From: an uncultured bacterium
GTDB taxonomy: Bacteria; Patescibacteriota; Patescibacteriia; SG8-24; DYFX01
Assembly: GCA_937900255.1 (NCBI GenBank)
Contig: CALCDZ010000002.1
Coordinates: 73,655 to 137,654 of the forward strand
DNA length: 64,000 bases
Reading direction: 5' to 3'
Numbering within the stretch: the stretch's first letter is position 1; every line of letters starts with the position of its first letter. Of this stretch, positions 9,386-17,846 are shown in pieces. A program made the translations under genes and the position numbers. Under the pieces are notes generated by a model. The model ran no database searches. It saw nothing but the letters and a program-made list of their open reading frames with translations, and had not been told where the DNA came from.

Positions 9386-9396
9386 ACGCATCACGG

Positions 9397-9424
9397 AAAC
9401 CCCGCTTCATGGCGGGGTTTCTTG
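9397..9424 (+). terminator. rho-independent terminator after rpsI
   Basis: AAACCCCGC-ttcatg-GCGGGGTTT perfect 9-bp stem followed by T-rich tract. Confidence 0.7.
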
Positions 9425-9451
9425 TTGCTTGAACCGCCGCCGCCGTATAAG

Positions 9452-11122
9452 ATGTCTCCTATGTCATCTGACCAAGGAAAGACGCGATTGTTTCGGCCGG
9501 CGCCCGCTCCCGCTGATTCAGCCATCAAACGCTTCACATACGGAAGAGCGAAGCCGAGAGCCGTCCCGTGGTACGGCATCGAGGCGCTTTGGTGGTATTT
9601 CGCCAGCATCCTGCCCAATACCATGCGGGCTTTCAGCCGCGACCGCAGAGGTTCCATGAGACTTGACGTTCCGGAACGCCTGGCGGACATGGTCTCCGAG
9701 AGACTTGGCTGCGCGGGCGACGGCAAGCCGGTCGTCGAAACGATCGGCCGCGATCTATGGATCGACTTCATCGCCGATACGGGGGAGGATGTTTCGGTCA
9801 GCGAAGCCGTCGGGCGGATCCTGTTCGCCGACCACGAGGTGCCGGATCCGGACCGTCCCGGTTCGAAGATCCGGGCTCCGCGAGGCGATATCCTGGTCTT
9901 CGGCGGCGATACGGCGTATCCGGTCGCGACCGAAACGAACGTCCGTGAACGCGTCGTCGAGCCGTTCAATCGCGCGCTCGCCGGGCATGACGACGGCAGG
10001 CCGCGCGTGCTGCTTGGCGTCCCAGGCAATCATGATTGGTACGGCGATCTCGAGGGGTTCCGGCGCCTGTTCCTGAGAGAGGAGGCCTCGCTGCGGCTCG
10101 AAGGCTACTCGGCCTTGCAGGGAGCGAGCCATTTCATCCTCCCGCTCACCAGGCGGATCCATCTGTTCGCGGTCGATCAGCATCTCGAGCGTCTCGACGA
10201 ACGGCAGCGCGGCTTCTTTTCCGATTGGAGGAAGGCGCGCCCCGACTTGGCGCCGGTCGTCGTCATGCACGACCCCGTCCGCGCGTTCCATAAGCTGAAC
10301 GCCATCGGCGCCGATGCCATCGCGGCGTTCGGTCTCGAGACCGAGACGAGGCCTCATCTCGTGGTGTCCGGCGATATCCATCACTATGAGCGTTGGCGCG
10401 ACCAGGCAGGGACGCACGTGGTCGCCGGTGGGGGCGGCGCCTTCCTCTGCCCGTCTCCGCTCGACCGGCGGCAAGCCCCTTTGGACCTCGATGCGGAATG
10501 GCCGGGGCCGGTCCAGAGCCGGGCGCTGCTCAAACAGGTGCCGATCCGCCTGCTGTCCGGCAAGGCCGGATACATGACGCATCTCACCATGCTGGGGGTT
10601 TTCGTGTCCTCCGGTCTCATGCTGGCGAGGCTCGGTTGGACGGATGCCGCCGCTCTTTTCACGGCAGCGCTCACCGGAGTCGCTATCGCCGGGATTTTCG
10701 CCTTGGTCGCCCGCACGCGGTACGGCCAGCGCCTCCAGTCGTGGATCGCCGCCGCTTTCATCGGCCTGTCCTCCAGCCTGGTCCCGGTCTTCGTCGTGGC
10801 TGCCATCCGTGAAGAACTGACAGATCGTGGATACGTCACCTCGCGCGGCGCCGTCATCCTCCTGGTCGGGCTCGGGATCCTCTTCGGTACCTGGGCGCTC
10901 GGTTTTTTCATCGCGACGCTTACCCGATTCGGTTACGAGCACTTGCAGGCATATGCTTCCTTGATGCATCCGGGTTACAAGCATTTCGTGCGCATGCGGG
11001 TGCGTTCCGATTCCGCGGGCATCGACGTATGGACGATCGGTCTCATCGACCCTCTCGGTCCGGGGGAAGGCCCCGTGCTGGTCGATCAGTTCACCTGGAG
11101 GCCCGGAGAGGAGACCTCCTGA
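9452..11122 (+). CDS. membrane-anchored calcineurin-like metallophosphoesterase
   Basis: GDTAYP, GNHDWY and GDIHHYER phosphoesterase motifs in N-terminal half; C-terminal half has several predicted TM helices; start ambiguous (9452/9461). Confidence 0.6.
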   Translation: MSPMSSDQGKTRLFRPAPAPADSAIKRFTYGRAKPRAVPWYGIEALWWYFASILPNTMRAFSRDRRGSMRLDVPERLADMVSERLGCAGDGKPVVETIGRDLWIDFIADTGEDVSVSEAVGRILFADHEVPDPDRPGSKIRAPRGDILVFGGDTAYPVATETNVRERVVEPFNRALAGHDDGRPRVLLGVPGNHDWYGDLEGFRRLFLREEASLRLEGYSALQGASHFILPLTRRIHLFAVDQHLERLDERQRGFFSDWRKARPDLAPVVVMHDPVRAFHKLNAIGADAIAAFGLETETRPHLVVSGDIHHYERWRDQAGTHVVAGGGGAFLCPSPLDRRQAPLDLDAEWPGPVQSRALLKQVPIRLLSGKAGYMTHLTMLGVFVSSGLMLARLGWTDAAALFTAALTGVAIAGIFALVARTRYGQRLQSWIAAAFIGLSSSLVPVFVVAAIREELTDRGYVTSRGAVILLVGLGILFGTWALGFFIATLTRFGYEHLQAYASLMHPGYKHFVRMRVRSDSAGIDVWTIGLIDPLGPGEGPVLVDQFTWRPGEETS

Positions 11123-11179
11123 TCCGGCTGGCATGCTATACTTGGAACGGAACGGCCATTCATTCATCATCCTACGCCC

Positions 11180-11656
11180 ATGAAATCCAAAGCGGCGTTC
11201 TTGACCGCTGTCGTCGTCCTTCTCGCCGCTGCAAGCTTCGCCGTCTGGCGATCGACCCATCGTCCGGCACCTCAGGCGCGCGTCTTGACGGACGTGGTGC
11301 CCGAGAATCCGGACCTATCGCCGACGAACGCGCAGGCCGTCATCGTGAGCGAGGGGCAGAAGGGGAAAGTCCTCCAGGTCAAGGTCGGTGATGACGTGGA
11401 GGTCCTCCTGCACAGCACGTACTGGACCATCAAGGATCCTGACGCGAAGCTCCTGAAGCCTCTCATGACCCAGCCTAAAGTGACGCCGGATTTCAAGGGC
11501 GTGCCCGGTTCCGGTTCCGGAACCGTGGAAATGCGGTATCGGGTCCTCGCCGGAGGGACGGTCAAGATCATCGCTTCCAGGACTTCCTGCGGTGAGGCCA
11601 TGCGCTGCACCGGCAGCAACGGCGCGTTCGAAACGACGATCGTCTCAGTCCCGTAA
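11180..11656 (+). CDS. secreted/lipid-anchored hypothetical protein, possibly chagasin-like (I42) beta-sandwich
   Basis: N-terminal signal/anchor (AAFLTAVVVLLAAASFAV); weak resemblance to chagasin-family inhibitors (inference). Confidence 0.4.
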   Translation: MKSKAAFLTAVVVLLAAASFAVWRSTHRPAPQARVLTDVVPENPDLSPTNAQAVIVSEGQKGKVLQVKVGDDVEVLLHSTYWTIKDPDAKLLKPLMTQPKVTPDFKGVPGSGSGTVEMRYRVLAGGTVKIIASRTSCGEAMRCTGSNGAFETTIVSVP

Positions 11657-11664
11657 AGTTCCCT

Positions 11665-12051
11665 ATGAATCTCAAGAACCGGAAAGCCGTGATCGTCGTG
11701 CGCGTCCTGCTCGGCCTCCTTTTCCTCATGAGCGGCATCACGGGCCTCATGGCGGGAAGGTCGATGCAAGGCGTCCCCGGGCCGATGGCCGTCGTCTCGC
11801 AGCAGCTTTGGGATATGGGCATCTTCCAGATGATCAAAGTGACGGAAGCCGTCGCCGGGCTGATGCTCGTGGCCGGGTTCCTGCCCGCCCTCGCAGCCAT
11901 CTTCGTGGCGCCGATCTGCGTCGGTATCATCGTCTTTGACCTCAATGTGGCGCCCGGATTCCTGCCTATGGGCCTGATCGTTTCCGCGATGACCGCCTAC
12001 CTCGGTTATGCCTACTGGGACGTCTACGCCCCGCTGTTCCGTCGCCGTTGA
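11665..12051 (+). CDS. DoxX-like small integral membrane protein
   Basis: ~128 aa, 4 predicted TM helices, DoxX-like topology. Confidence 0.45.
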   Translation: MNLKNRKAVIVVRVLLGLLFLMSGITGLMAGRSMQGVPGPMAVVSQQLWDMGIFQMIKVTEAVAGLMLVAGFLPALAAIFVAPICVGIIVFDLNVAPGFLPMGLIVSAMTAYLGYAYWDVYAPLFRRR

Positions 12052-12149
12052 GCTCGCCTGATCCTTCGGTGCGTCCGCCCCTTGCTTTTTTCCTGGCTTT
12101 GGGCTATAGTGGATCGTCTTCAAATAAGGAGGCGAAAAAGCAACAAATT

Positions 12150-12659
12150 ATGCCGTTTAACAGGCATGGTGGAGGCAGCGGTTATAATAAGGGCGGAAAT
12201 TCGTTCGGCGCCAAGCGCCCGTGGGATCGCGGTACCCGAAGCTCGAACGGTTTTGACGATCGTCCGAAGTTCAAGGCGACCTGCGCCTCCTGCGGCGATG
12301 CCTGCGAAGTCCCGTTCAAGCCGAACGGCAGGAAACCGATCTACTGCCGCGCCTGCTTCGGCAAGACCGAGGCACCGGAGCGGAGTGATCGTTTCGAGCG
12401 CAAAGGCGCCTCGGAGTACCGCCCTGCCGTCAACGACGGCACGGCTGACCAGCTCAGGGCGATCAGCGCCAAGCTTGATGCCATCCTGAAGGCTCTCGAC
12501 CCCCGCATGTCCATGACGGCACCGGTGGCCAAGAAAACCGAAGCTCCGAGCACCAAGTTGCCGGAAGCCAAGGTGGAGGCCAAGAAAGCCGAAATCAAGA
12601 AAATGGAAGCTCCCAAAGCGCCAACCAAGAAGAAGGCTGTCGCCAAGAAGAAGAAATAA
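12150..12659 (+). CDS. CxxC-x17-CxxC zinc-ribbon domain protein with K/A-rich C-terminal tail
   Basis: CASCGDACEVPFKPNGRKPIYCRAC = CxxC, exactly 17 residues, CxxC; strong AAGGAGG RBS ~18 nt upstream of ATG at 12150. Confidence 0.7.
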   Translation: MPFNRHGGGSGYNKGGNSFGAKRPWDRGTRSSNGFDDRPKFKATCASCGDACEVPFKPNGRKPIYCRACFGKTEAPERSDRFERKGASEYRPAVNDGTADQLRAISAKLDAILKALDPRMSMTAPVAKKTEAPSTKLPEAKVEAKKAEIKKMEAPKAPTKKKAVAKKKK

Positions 12660-12674
12660 GGAGCCAGCAAGAGG

Positions 12675-12700
12675 AAACCCGCCGCTCAAACGGCGGGTTT
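12675..12700 (+). terminator. rho-independent terminator
   Basis: AAACCCGCCG-ctcaaa-CGGCGGGTTT perfect hairpin after stop. Confidence 0.7.
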
Positions 12701-12766
12701 CGGCCGTCTGGACGACCGCGAGAGCAGGGGGTATCATAGGCTGACCTGATTCCTGAACTCGCTTAT

Positions 12767-13369
12767 ATGCCTACCATCACCCTGTACGGCCCCCGCCTCG
12801 GATCCTCGTTCCGCCCGCATTGGATGCTCGCCGAACTCGGTCTCGCCTATGAAGCCAAGGACGTCGATCTCGCGAACGGCGCCCAGCGTACCCCTGAATA
12901 TCTGGCCATCAATCCGGCGGGACAAGTCCCGACCATGTTTTACGACGGCTTCATGTTGACGGAGTCGACCGCGATGGCGCATTACCTCGCGGAAAAGCAC
13001 GATCCGTCGTTTCTCGGTCCGAAAGATCCGGAATCGCATGCCACCTTGCTTCGCTGGGAGCTCTTCGTGCTGCTCAATCTCGATCGGCACCTTAGCGCAC
13101 ATGCCCTGAGAGCTTGGGGTATCCCGGTCGAAGACGATGTCTTGAAGAAGGCCGATGTCGCGCTCGCTCGTTTCCTGCCGACGCTTGAGGCATGGTTCAA
13201 GGAGCATGCGTACGTCGCAGGCGACGCGTTCACCGTGGGGGACATCGTGACGCGCACGTCTTTCATGTACGCGGAAATGGCCAAGCTCGATCTCTCGAGC
13301 TACCCCTCGATCGAAGCCTGGATGAAGCGCTGCGCCGACCGCCCGGCCTTCATCAAGGCAAAGGGTTGA
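12767..13369 (+). CDS. glutathione S-transferase family protein
   Basis: Thioredoxin-like N-domain and helical C-domain typical of GSTs (~200 aa). Confidence 0.7.
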   Translation: MPTITLYGPRLGSSFRPHWMLAELGLAYEAKDVDLANGAQRTPEYLAINPAGQVPTMFYDGFMLTESTAMAHYLAEKHDPSFLGPKDPESHATLLRWELFVLLNLDRHLSAHALRAWGIPVEDDVLKKADVALARFLPTLEAWFKEHAYVAGDAFTVGDIVTRTSFMYAEMAKLDLSSYPSIEAWMKRCADRPAFIKAKG

Positions 13370-13372
13370 GCG

Positions 13373-14278
13373 ATGGATGCGCTCAGGATCGGCGGACTCC
13401 GCAAGGCCTACGCAGGCGGCGTCGAAGCGCTCAAGGGGGTCGACCTTTCCATCGGTAAGGGCGACTTCTTCGCGTTGCTCGGCGCGAATGGCGCGGGGAA
13501 GACGACGCTCATCAATATCGTGGTCGGATTGGTCACTCCCACCGACGGAACCGTCTCCGTTTTTGGTATCGATCGAGAACGCGATCCCGATGGCACGAAG
13601 GCCTTGGTCGGGGTCGTGCCGCAGGAGTTCAATTTCAACATCTTCGAGACGGCGCGCGAGATCGTGATCGCGCAAGGCGGCTATTACGGGATGACGCGCG
13701 CCTCCGCCGAACGGCGCGCCGACCTCCTCCTCAAGGAGCTCGGTCTTGCGGAGAAACGCGATGTCCCTTCGCGTACGCTTTCGGGCGGCATGAAACGCCG
13801 CCTGATGATCGCGCGGGCGCTCGTGCACGAGCCGAAGCTGCTGATCCTGGACGAACCGACGGCCGGCGTCGACGTGGAGCTGCGCCGCGGCATGTGGGAG
13901 TATCTGCGCAAGCTCAACGCCGAAGGCATGACGATCCTGCTCACCACCCATTACTTGGAGGAAGTCGAGCAGTTGTGCAGGTCCATGGCCATCATCCAAC
14001 GCGGCGAGGTCGTGAAGTCGGGTTCAGTGCACGGCTTGCTGGCCGAAGCCGATGGACGGCGTTATCGGCTGACCCTGGATGCCGCCCCTTCCGAAGCGCA
14101 GGCCAGGCAGATCGGGGCTGACGAGGTCAAAGGGACGACGGTAACCCTCCTCGCGGCGTCGGGCGAGCCGCTCGACACCCTCATCGCACGCGTCCGATCG
14201 GCCGGGTTGCGCGTACTCGACGCGGCACATGCCCAGAATCGCGTCGAAGAGCTGTATCTTTCCACGCTCACGCCATGA
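13373..14278 (+). CDS. ABC transporter ATP-binding protein (ABC-2 exporter type)
   Basis: Walker A GANGAGKTT, signature LSGGMKRR, Walker B LLILDEPT. Confidence 0.9.
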   Translation: MDALRIGGLRKAYAGGVEALKGVDLSIGKGDFFALLGANGAGKTTLINIVVGLVTPTDGTVSVFGIDRERDPDGTKALVGVVPQEFNFNIFETAREIVIAQGGYYGMTRASAERRADLLLKELGLAEKRDVPSRTLSGGMKRRLMIARALVHEPKLLILDEPTAGVDVELRRGMWEYLRKLNAEGMTILLTTHYLEEVEQLCRSMAIIQRGEVVKSGSVHGLLAEADGRRYRLTLDAAPSEAQARQIGADEVKGTTVTLLAASGEPLDTLIARVRSAGLRVLDAAHAQNRVEELYLSTLTP

Positions 14279-15054
14279 AGACACGATCCGCCATCGCCTG
14301 GAATGCCTATCGCACGATGATCCGCAAGGAATCGACGCGGATTTTCCGCATTTGGCCCCAGACACTCCTTCCGCCGCTCATCACGCAATCCCTGTATTTC
14401 CTGATCTTCGGCGGCTTCATCGGTTCCCGGGTCGGCTTGGTCGACGGAGTGCCGTACATGGCTTTCATCGTCCCTGGCCTGGTGATGATGGCCGTCATCC
14501 AGAACAGCTTCGGCAACGTCGTGAGCTCGTTCTTCAGCGCGAAGTTCATGCATAACATCGAAGAGATCATGGTCTCGCCGACGCCGGACTGGGTGATGCT
14601 CTCCGGCTACGTCACCGGAGGGGTCGTGCGCGGCACGGTCACCGGCGCCCTGGTCTACGCCGTTTCCGCGGTCTTCGCGCGGCCGACGGTAGCCCATCCA
14701 TGGGCGGTCGTCCTGTTCCTGCTCCTGACCAGCCTTCTCTTCTCGCTTGCGGGTTTCATGAACGCGATTTTCGCCAAGAAGTTCGACGACATCAGCATAT
14801 TCTCGACTTTCGTCCTCGTGCCGCTCACGTACCTCGGAGGCGTCTTTTATTCGATCCGGCAACTGCCGCCGGTCTGGCAGGCGGTCTCCCGCTTCAATCC
14901 CGTCTTCTATATGATCGACGGTTTCCGTTACGGCTTTTTCGGTGAGACAGGCGTTTCCGTCTGGCTGAGCGCGCTGTTTCTGGCTGCCGTGACGGCCGTA
15001 CTGGCCGTCGTCAACCTGCATCTGCTACGCAAGGGGACTGGCATGCGGGCATAG
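14275..15054 (+). CDS. ABC-2 family transporter permease
   Basis: 6-TM permease overlapping ATPase stop (ATGA coupling). Confidence 0.85.
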   Translation: MKTRSAIAWNAYRTMIRKESTRIFRIWPQTLLPPLITQSLYFLIFGGFIGSRVGLVDGVPYMAFIVPGLVMMAVIQNSFGNVVSSFFSAKFMHNIEEIMVSPTPDWVMLSGYVTGGVVRGTVTGALVYAVSAVFARPTVAHPWAVVLFLLLTSLLFSLAGFMNAIFAKKFDDISIFSTFVLVPLTYLGGVFYSIRQLPPVWQAVSRFNPVFYMIDGFRYGFFGETGVSVWLSALFLAAVTAVLAVVNLHLLRKGTGMRA

Positions 15055-15118
15055 GGGCCTTGCGCCATCCGACGAAGATAGGGTAGAGCGGCGTCATCAT
15101 CAATGAACCCATGGCCGC

Positions 15119-16588
15119 ATGCTCGAGACTCTCAAACGACATTTCGGCTATGATCGCTTCCGGCCGCTGCAGGAAGAGATCATCCGACACGTGCTTTCGG
15201 GCCAGGACTGCCTGGCGCTCATGCCGACCGGAGGCGGTAAATCCTTGTGTTTCCAGATGCCATCCCTGATCGTCGGTGGCCTGACGATCGTCGTCTCTCC
15301 GCTCATCGCGCTCATGAAGGATCAGGTCGACCAGTTGCGGGTGAGCGGTGTGGCCGCGGCTTATATCAACAGTTCGCTCGACGCCGAGGAGATAGCAATG
15401 GTCAAGCGCCAGGCCCTGGCGGGCCAGTTGCGTCTCCTGTATCTCGCGCCGGAGCGGCTGGCGGTTCCGGAGTTCCGCGAGTTCCTTTCGAAGCTCGATG
15501 TCCGTTTCCTGGCCGTCGACGAGGCGCACTGCGTTTCCGAGTGGGGCCATGATTTCCGTCCGGACTATCGGAACCTCACGGTGCTTCGGAAAGAGTTCCC
15601 GAACGTCCCGACCATCGCGCTCACCGCCACCGCCACGCCCGAGGTGCGTCGCGACATCATCCGCGAGCTGCATCTGCGGGCGCCGCGGACGTTCGTCTCC
15701 AGTTTCAACCGCCCGAACCTTACGTATGCCGTCGCGCCCAAGCGCAAAGGCTGGGGCGGCCTGTTGGCGCTGCTCGAGAAGCATCGCGGCGAGAGCGCCA
15801 TCCTCTATTGCTTCTCGAGGAAAGATACGGAGGCGCTGGCGGATCTCCTGCGGACGCGCGGCATCAAGTCGGCGCCGTATCACGCGGGGCTGAGCGCCGA
15901 AGTCCGCGCACGGACGCAGGATCGCTTCATCAAGGATGATCTTGACGTGGTGGTCGCGACCATCGCGTTCGGCATGGGCATCGACAAGCCGGACGTGCGC
16001 CTGGTGGCGCATTGCGACCTGCCGAAATCGGTCGAAGGTTATTATCAGGAGACTGGCCGGGCCGGGCGCGACGGCCTGCCGGCCGAATGCGTGCTGTTCT
16101 TCTCCTATGCCGACCGTCGCAAGCAGATGTTCTTCATCAACGGCATGGACGAAGGGCCTCAGCGCGAGCAGGCCCGACAGAAGCTCGACGCCGTCATCCG
16201 TTACGGCGACCTGAAATCATGCCGTCGCCGTTTCCTTCTTTCGTATTTCGGCGAGGCGCCGGGGGCGGAGAACTGCGGCGGTTGTGACGTCTGCCTCGGC
16301 ACGACCGTGCGCGAAGATGCGCCGGCCGTCTCCAAGAAAACGTCGAGCGTCGTGCCTGCTGCGGAGGCCGCCCTCTTCGAAAGCCTTCGGGCCCTGCGCA
16401 AGCGCCTGGCGGCCATCCGTCGCGTGCCGCCCTACATGATCTTCGGCGACGTCAGCCTGCGCGCCATGGCCGAGCAGCGTCCGGTGACCCGCGAGGAGTT
16501 CGCCGTCATCCCTGGCGTCGGCGAAAAGAAGCTGCAGGCATTCGGTGAGGTCTTCATGCAAGAGATCCGTAACCAGGACTTCTCATGA
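15119..16588 (+). CDS. recQ: ATP-dependent DNA helicase RecQ (compact form)
   Basis: RecQ N-terminus YDRFRPLQEEII, DEAH box (VDEAHCVSEWGHDFR), RQC Zn-binding cysteines CGGCDVC, HRDC-like tail. Confidence 0.9.
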   Translation: MLETLKRHFGYDRFRPLQEEIIRHVLSGQDCLALMPTGGGKSLCFQMPSLIVGGLTIVVSPLIALMKDQVDQLRVSGVAAAYINSSLDAEEIAMVKRQALAGQLRLLYLAPERLAVPEFREFLSKLDVRFLAVDEAHCVSEWGHDFRPDYRNLTVLRKEFPNVPTIALTATATPEVRRDIIRELHLRAPRTFVSSFNRPNLTYAVAPKRKGWGGLLALLEKHRGESAILYCFSRKDTEALADLLRTRGIKSAPYHAGLSAEVRARTQDRFIKDDLDVVVATIAFGMGIDKPDVRLVAHCDLPKSVEGYYQETGRAGRDGLPAECVLFFSYADRRKQMFFINGMDEGPQREQARQKLDAVIRYGDLKSCRRRFLLSYFGEAPGAENCGGCDVCLGTTVREDAPAVSKKTSSVVPAAEAALFESLRALRKRLAAIRRVPPYMIFGDVSLRAMAEQRPVTREEFAVIPGVGEKKLQAFGEVFMQEIRNQDFS

Positions 16589-17826
16589 GAATCGCCATCA
16601 TCGGCGGGGGAGCGGCCGGGCTCATGGCCGCCGCCGCCATCAGCGAAACCTGTCCACAAGCCGAGACCTTCCTGATCGAAAGGAATGACGGTTTGGGCAA
16701 GAAGGTCATCATCTCCGGGGGCGGGCGCTGCAACGTCACGACCGGACTTCGCGACATCCGCGCGGTCCTTTCGAGATACCCGCGCGGGGGCAAATTCCTG
16801 AACTCCGCCATGCGGCGATTCCCGCCTGACGTCGTCTACGCCTGGTTCGAAGACCGAGGCGTCCCGCTCAAGATCGAGGAGGATCTCCGCGTGTTCCCGC
16901 AGTCCGATGACGGCCACGACGTGGTCGCGGCGTTCGAACGCCTGTTCCGCGACTCGAACGTCCAGGTGCTGCTGAACCGCCACGTCGCAGGCGTGAGACG
17001 CGGCGCGGACGGGTACGCGATTTCCTTCAAGGATGGCCGGACGCTGGACGTCGATCGCGTCATCCTGACGACCGGTGGGCAGGCGTTCCGTCACACCGGT
17101 TCGACTGGCGATGGGTATGCCTTCGCGGAATCACTGGGGCATGCCGTCACTGCGCTCGCGCCCAGCCTCAACTCGTTCTTCGTCAAGGAAGCCTGGCCGA
17201 AAAGCGTCTCGGGCCTTTCCTTCGAGAAGGCATGCCTGAAGACGCGATTCTCCAAACCCTACGCGTTCACGGGCCCGATGCTTTTCACGCATCGCGGCGT
17301 GAGCGGCCCGGCCGTCTTCGCGCTTTCGAGCCTGGTGGCGTTCGAGACCTACGACGCTGGACATCCGATGCGCCTCCTGATCGACCTGTTCCCCGACCTT
17401 CCGGAGGAATCGCTTCTTGGGAAGCTGGAGGAAGCGTTGCGCGGACATCCGAAAAAGAGCCTGGACAACGTGCTGGATTTCATGATGTCGAAATCGCTCG
17501 CGCATGCGCTTTGCGGGGAACTCGGGCTGTCGCCCGAAGCGCGGGCCGCGGAACTTTCCAAGAAAGATGCGCGGCGCATCGCGGCCTGGCTGAAAGGCGC
17601 TCCGCTCACGGTCATCGGACGAGGGGCGGGGGATGAATTCGTCACGGCCGGCGGTGTCGATCTCTCCGACGTCGATCCGAAGACGATGGAATCAAGAATT
17701 TCCCCCGGATTGTTTTTCGCGGGCGAGATCCTGGATATCGACGGCTTCACCGGCGGATTCAACCTGCAGGCGTCCTGGGCGACCGGACGGACGGCGGGCG
17801 AAAGCGCCTGTCGTATGCTAGAATAA
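16585..17826 (+). CDS. HI0933/BaiN-family FAD-dependent oxidoreductase (aminoacetone oxidase family)
   Basis: IIGGGAAGLMAA dinucleotide-binding motif, GGGRCNVT motif characteristic of HI0933 family. Confidence 0.85.
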   Translation: MRIAIIGGGAAGLMAAAAISETCPQAETFLIERNDGLGKKVIISGGGRCNVTTGLRDIRAVLSRYPRGGKFLNSAMRRFPPDVVYAWFEDRGVPLKIEEDLRVFPQSDDGHDVVAAFERLFRDSNVQVLLNRHVAGVRRGADGYAISFKDGRTLDVDRVILTTGGQAFRHTGSTGDGYAFAESLGHAVTALAPSLNSFFVKEAWPKSVSGLSFEKACLKTRFSKPYAFTGPMLFTHRGVSGPAVFALSSLVAFETYDAGHPMRLLIDLFPDLPEESLLGKLEEALRGHPKKSLDNVLDFMMSKSLAHALCGELGLSPEARAAELSKKDARRIAAWLKGAPLTVIGRGAGDEFVTAGGVDLSDVDPKTMESRISPGLFFAGEILDIDGFTGGFNLQASWATGRTAGESACRMLE

Positions 17827-17846
17827 GGTATCTCCACACATCACCT

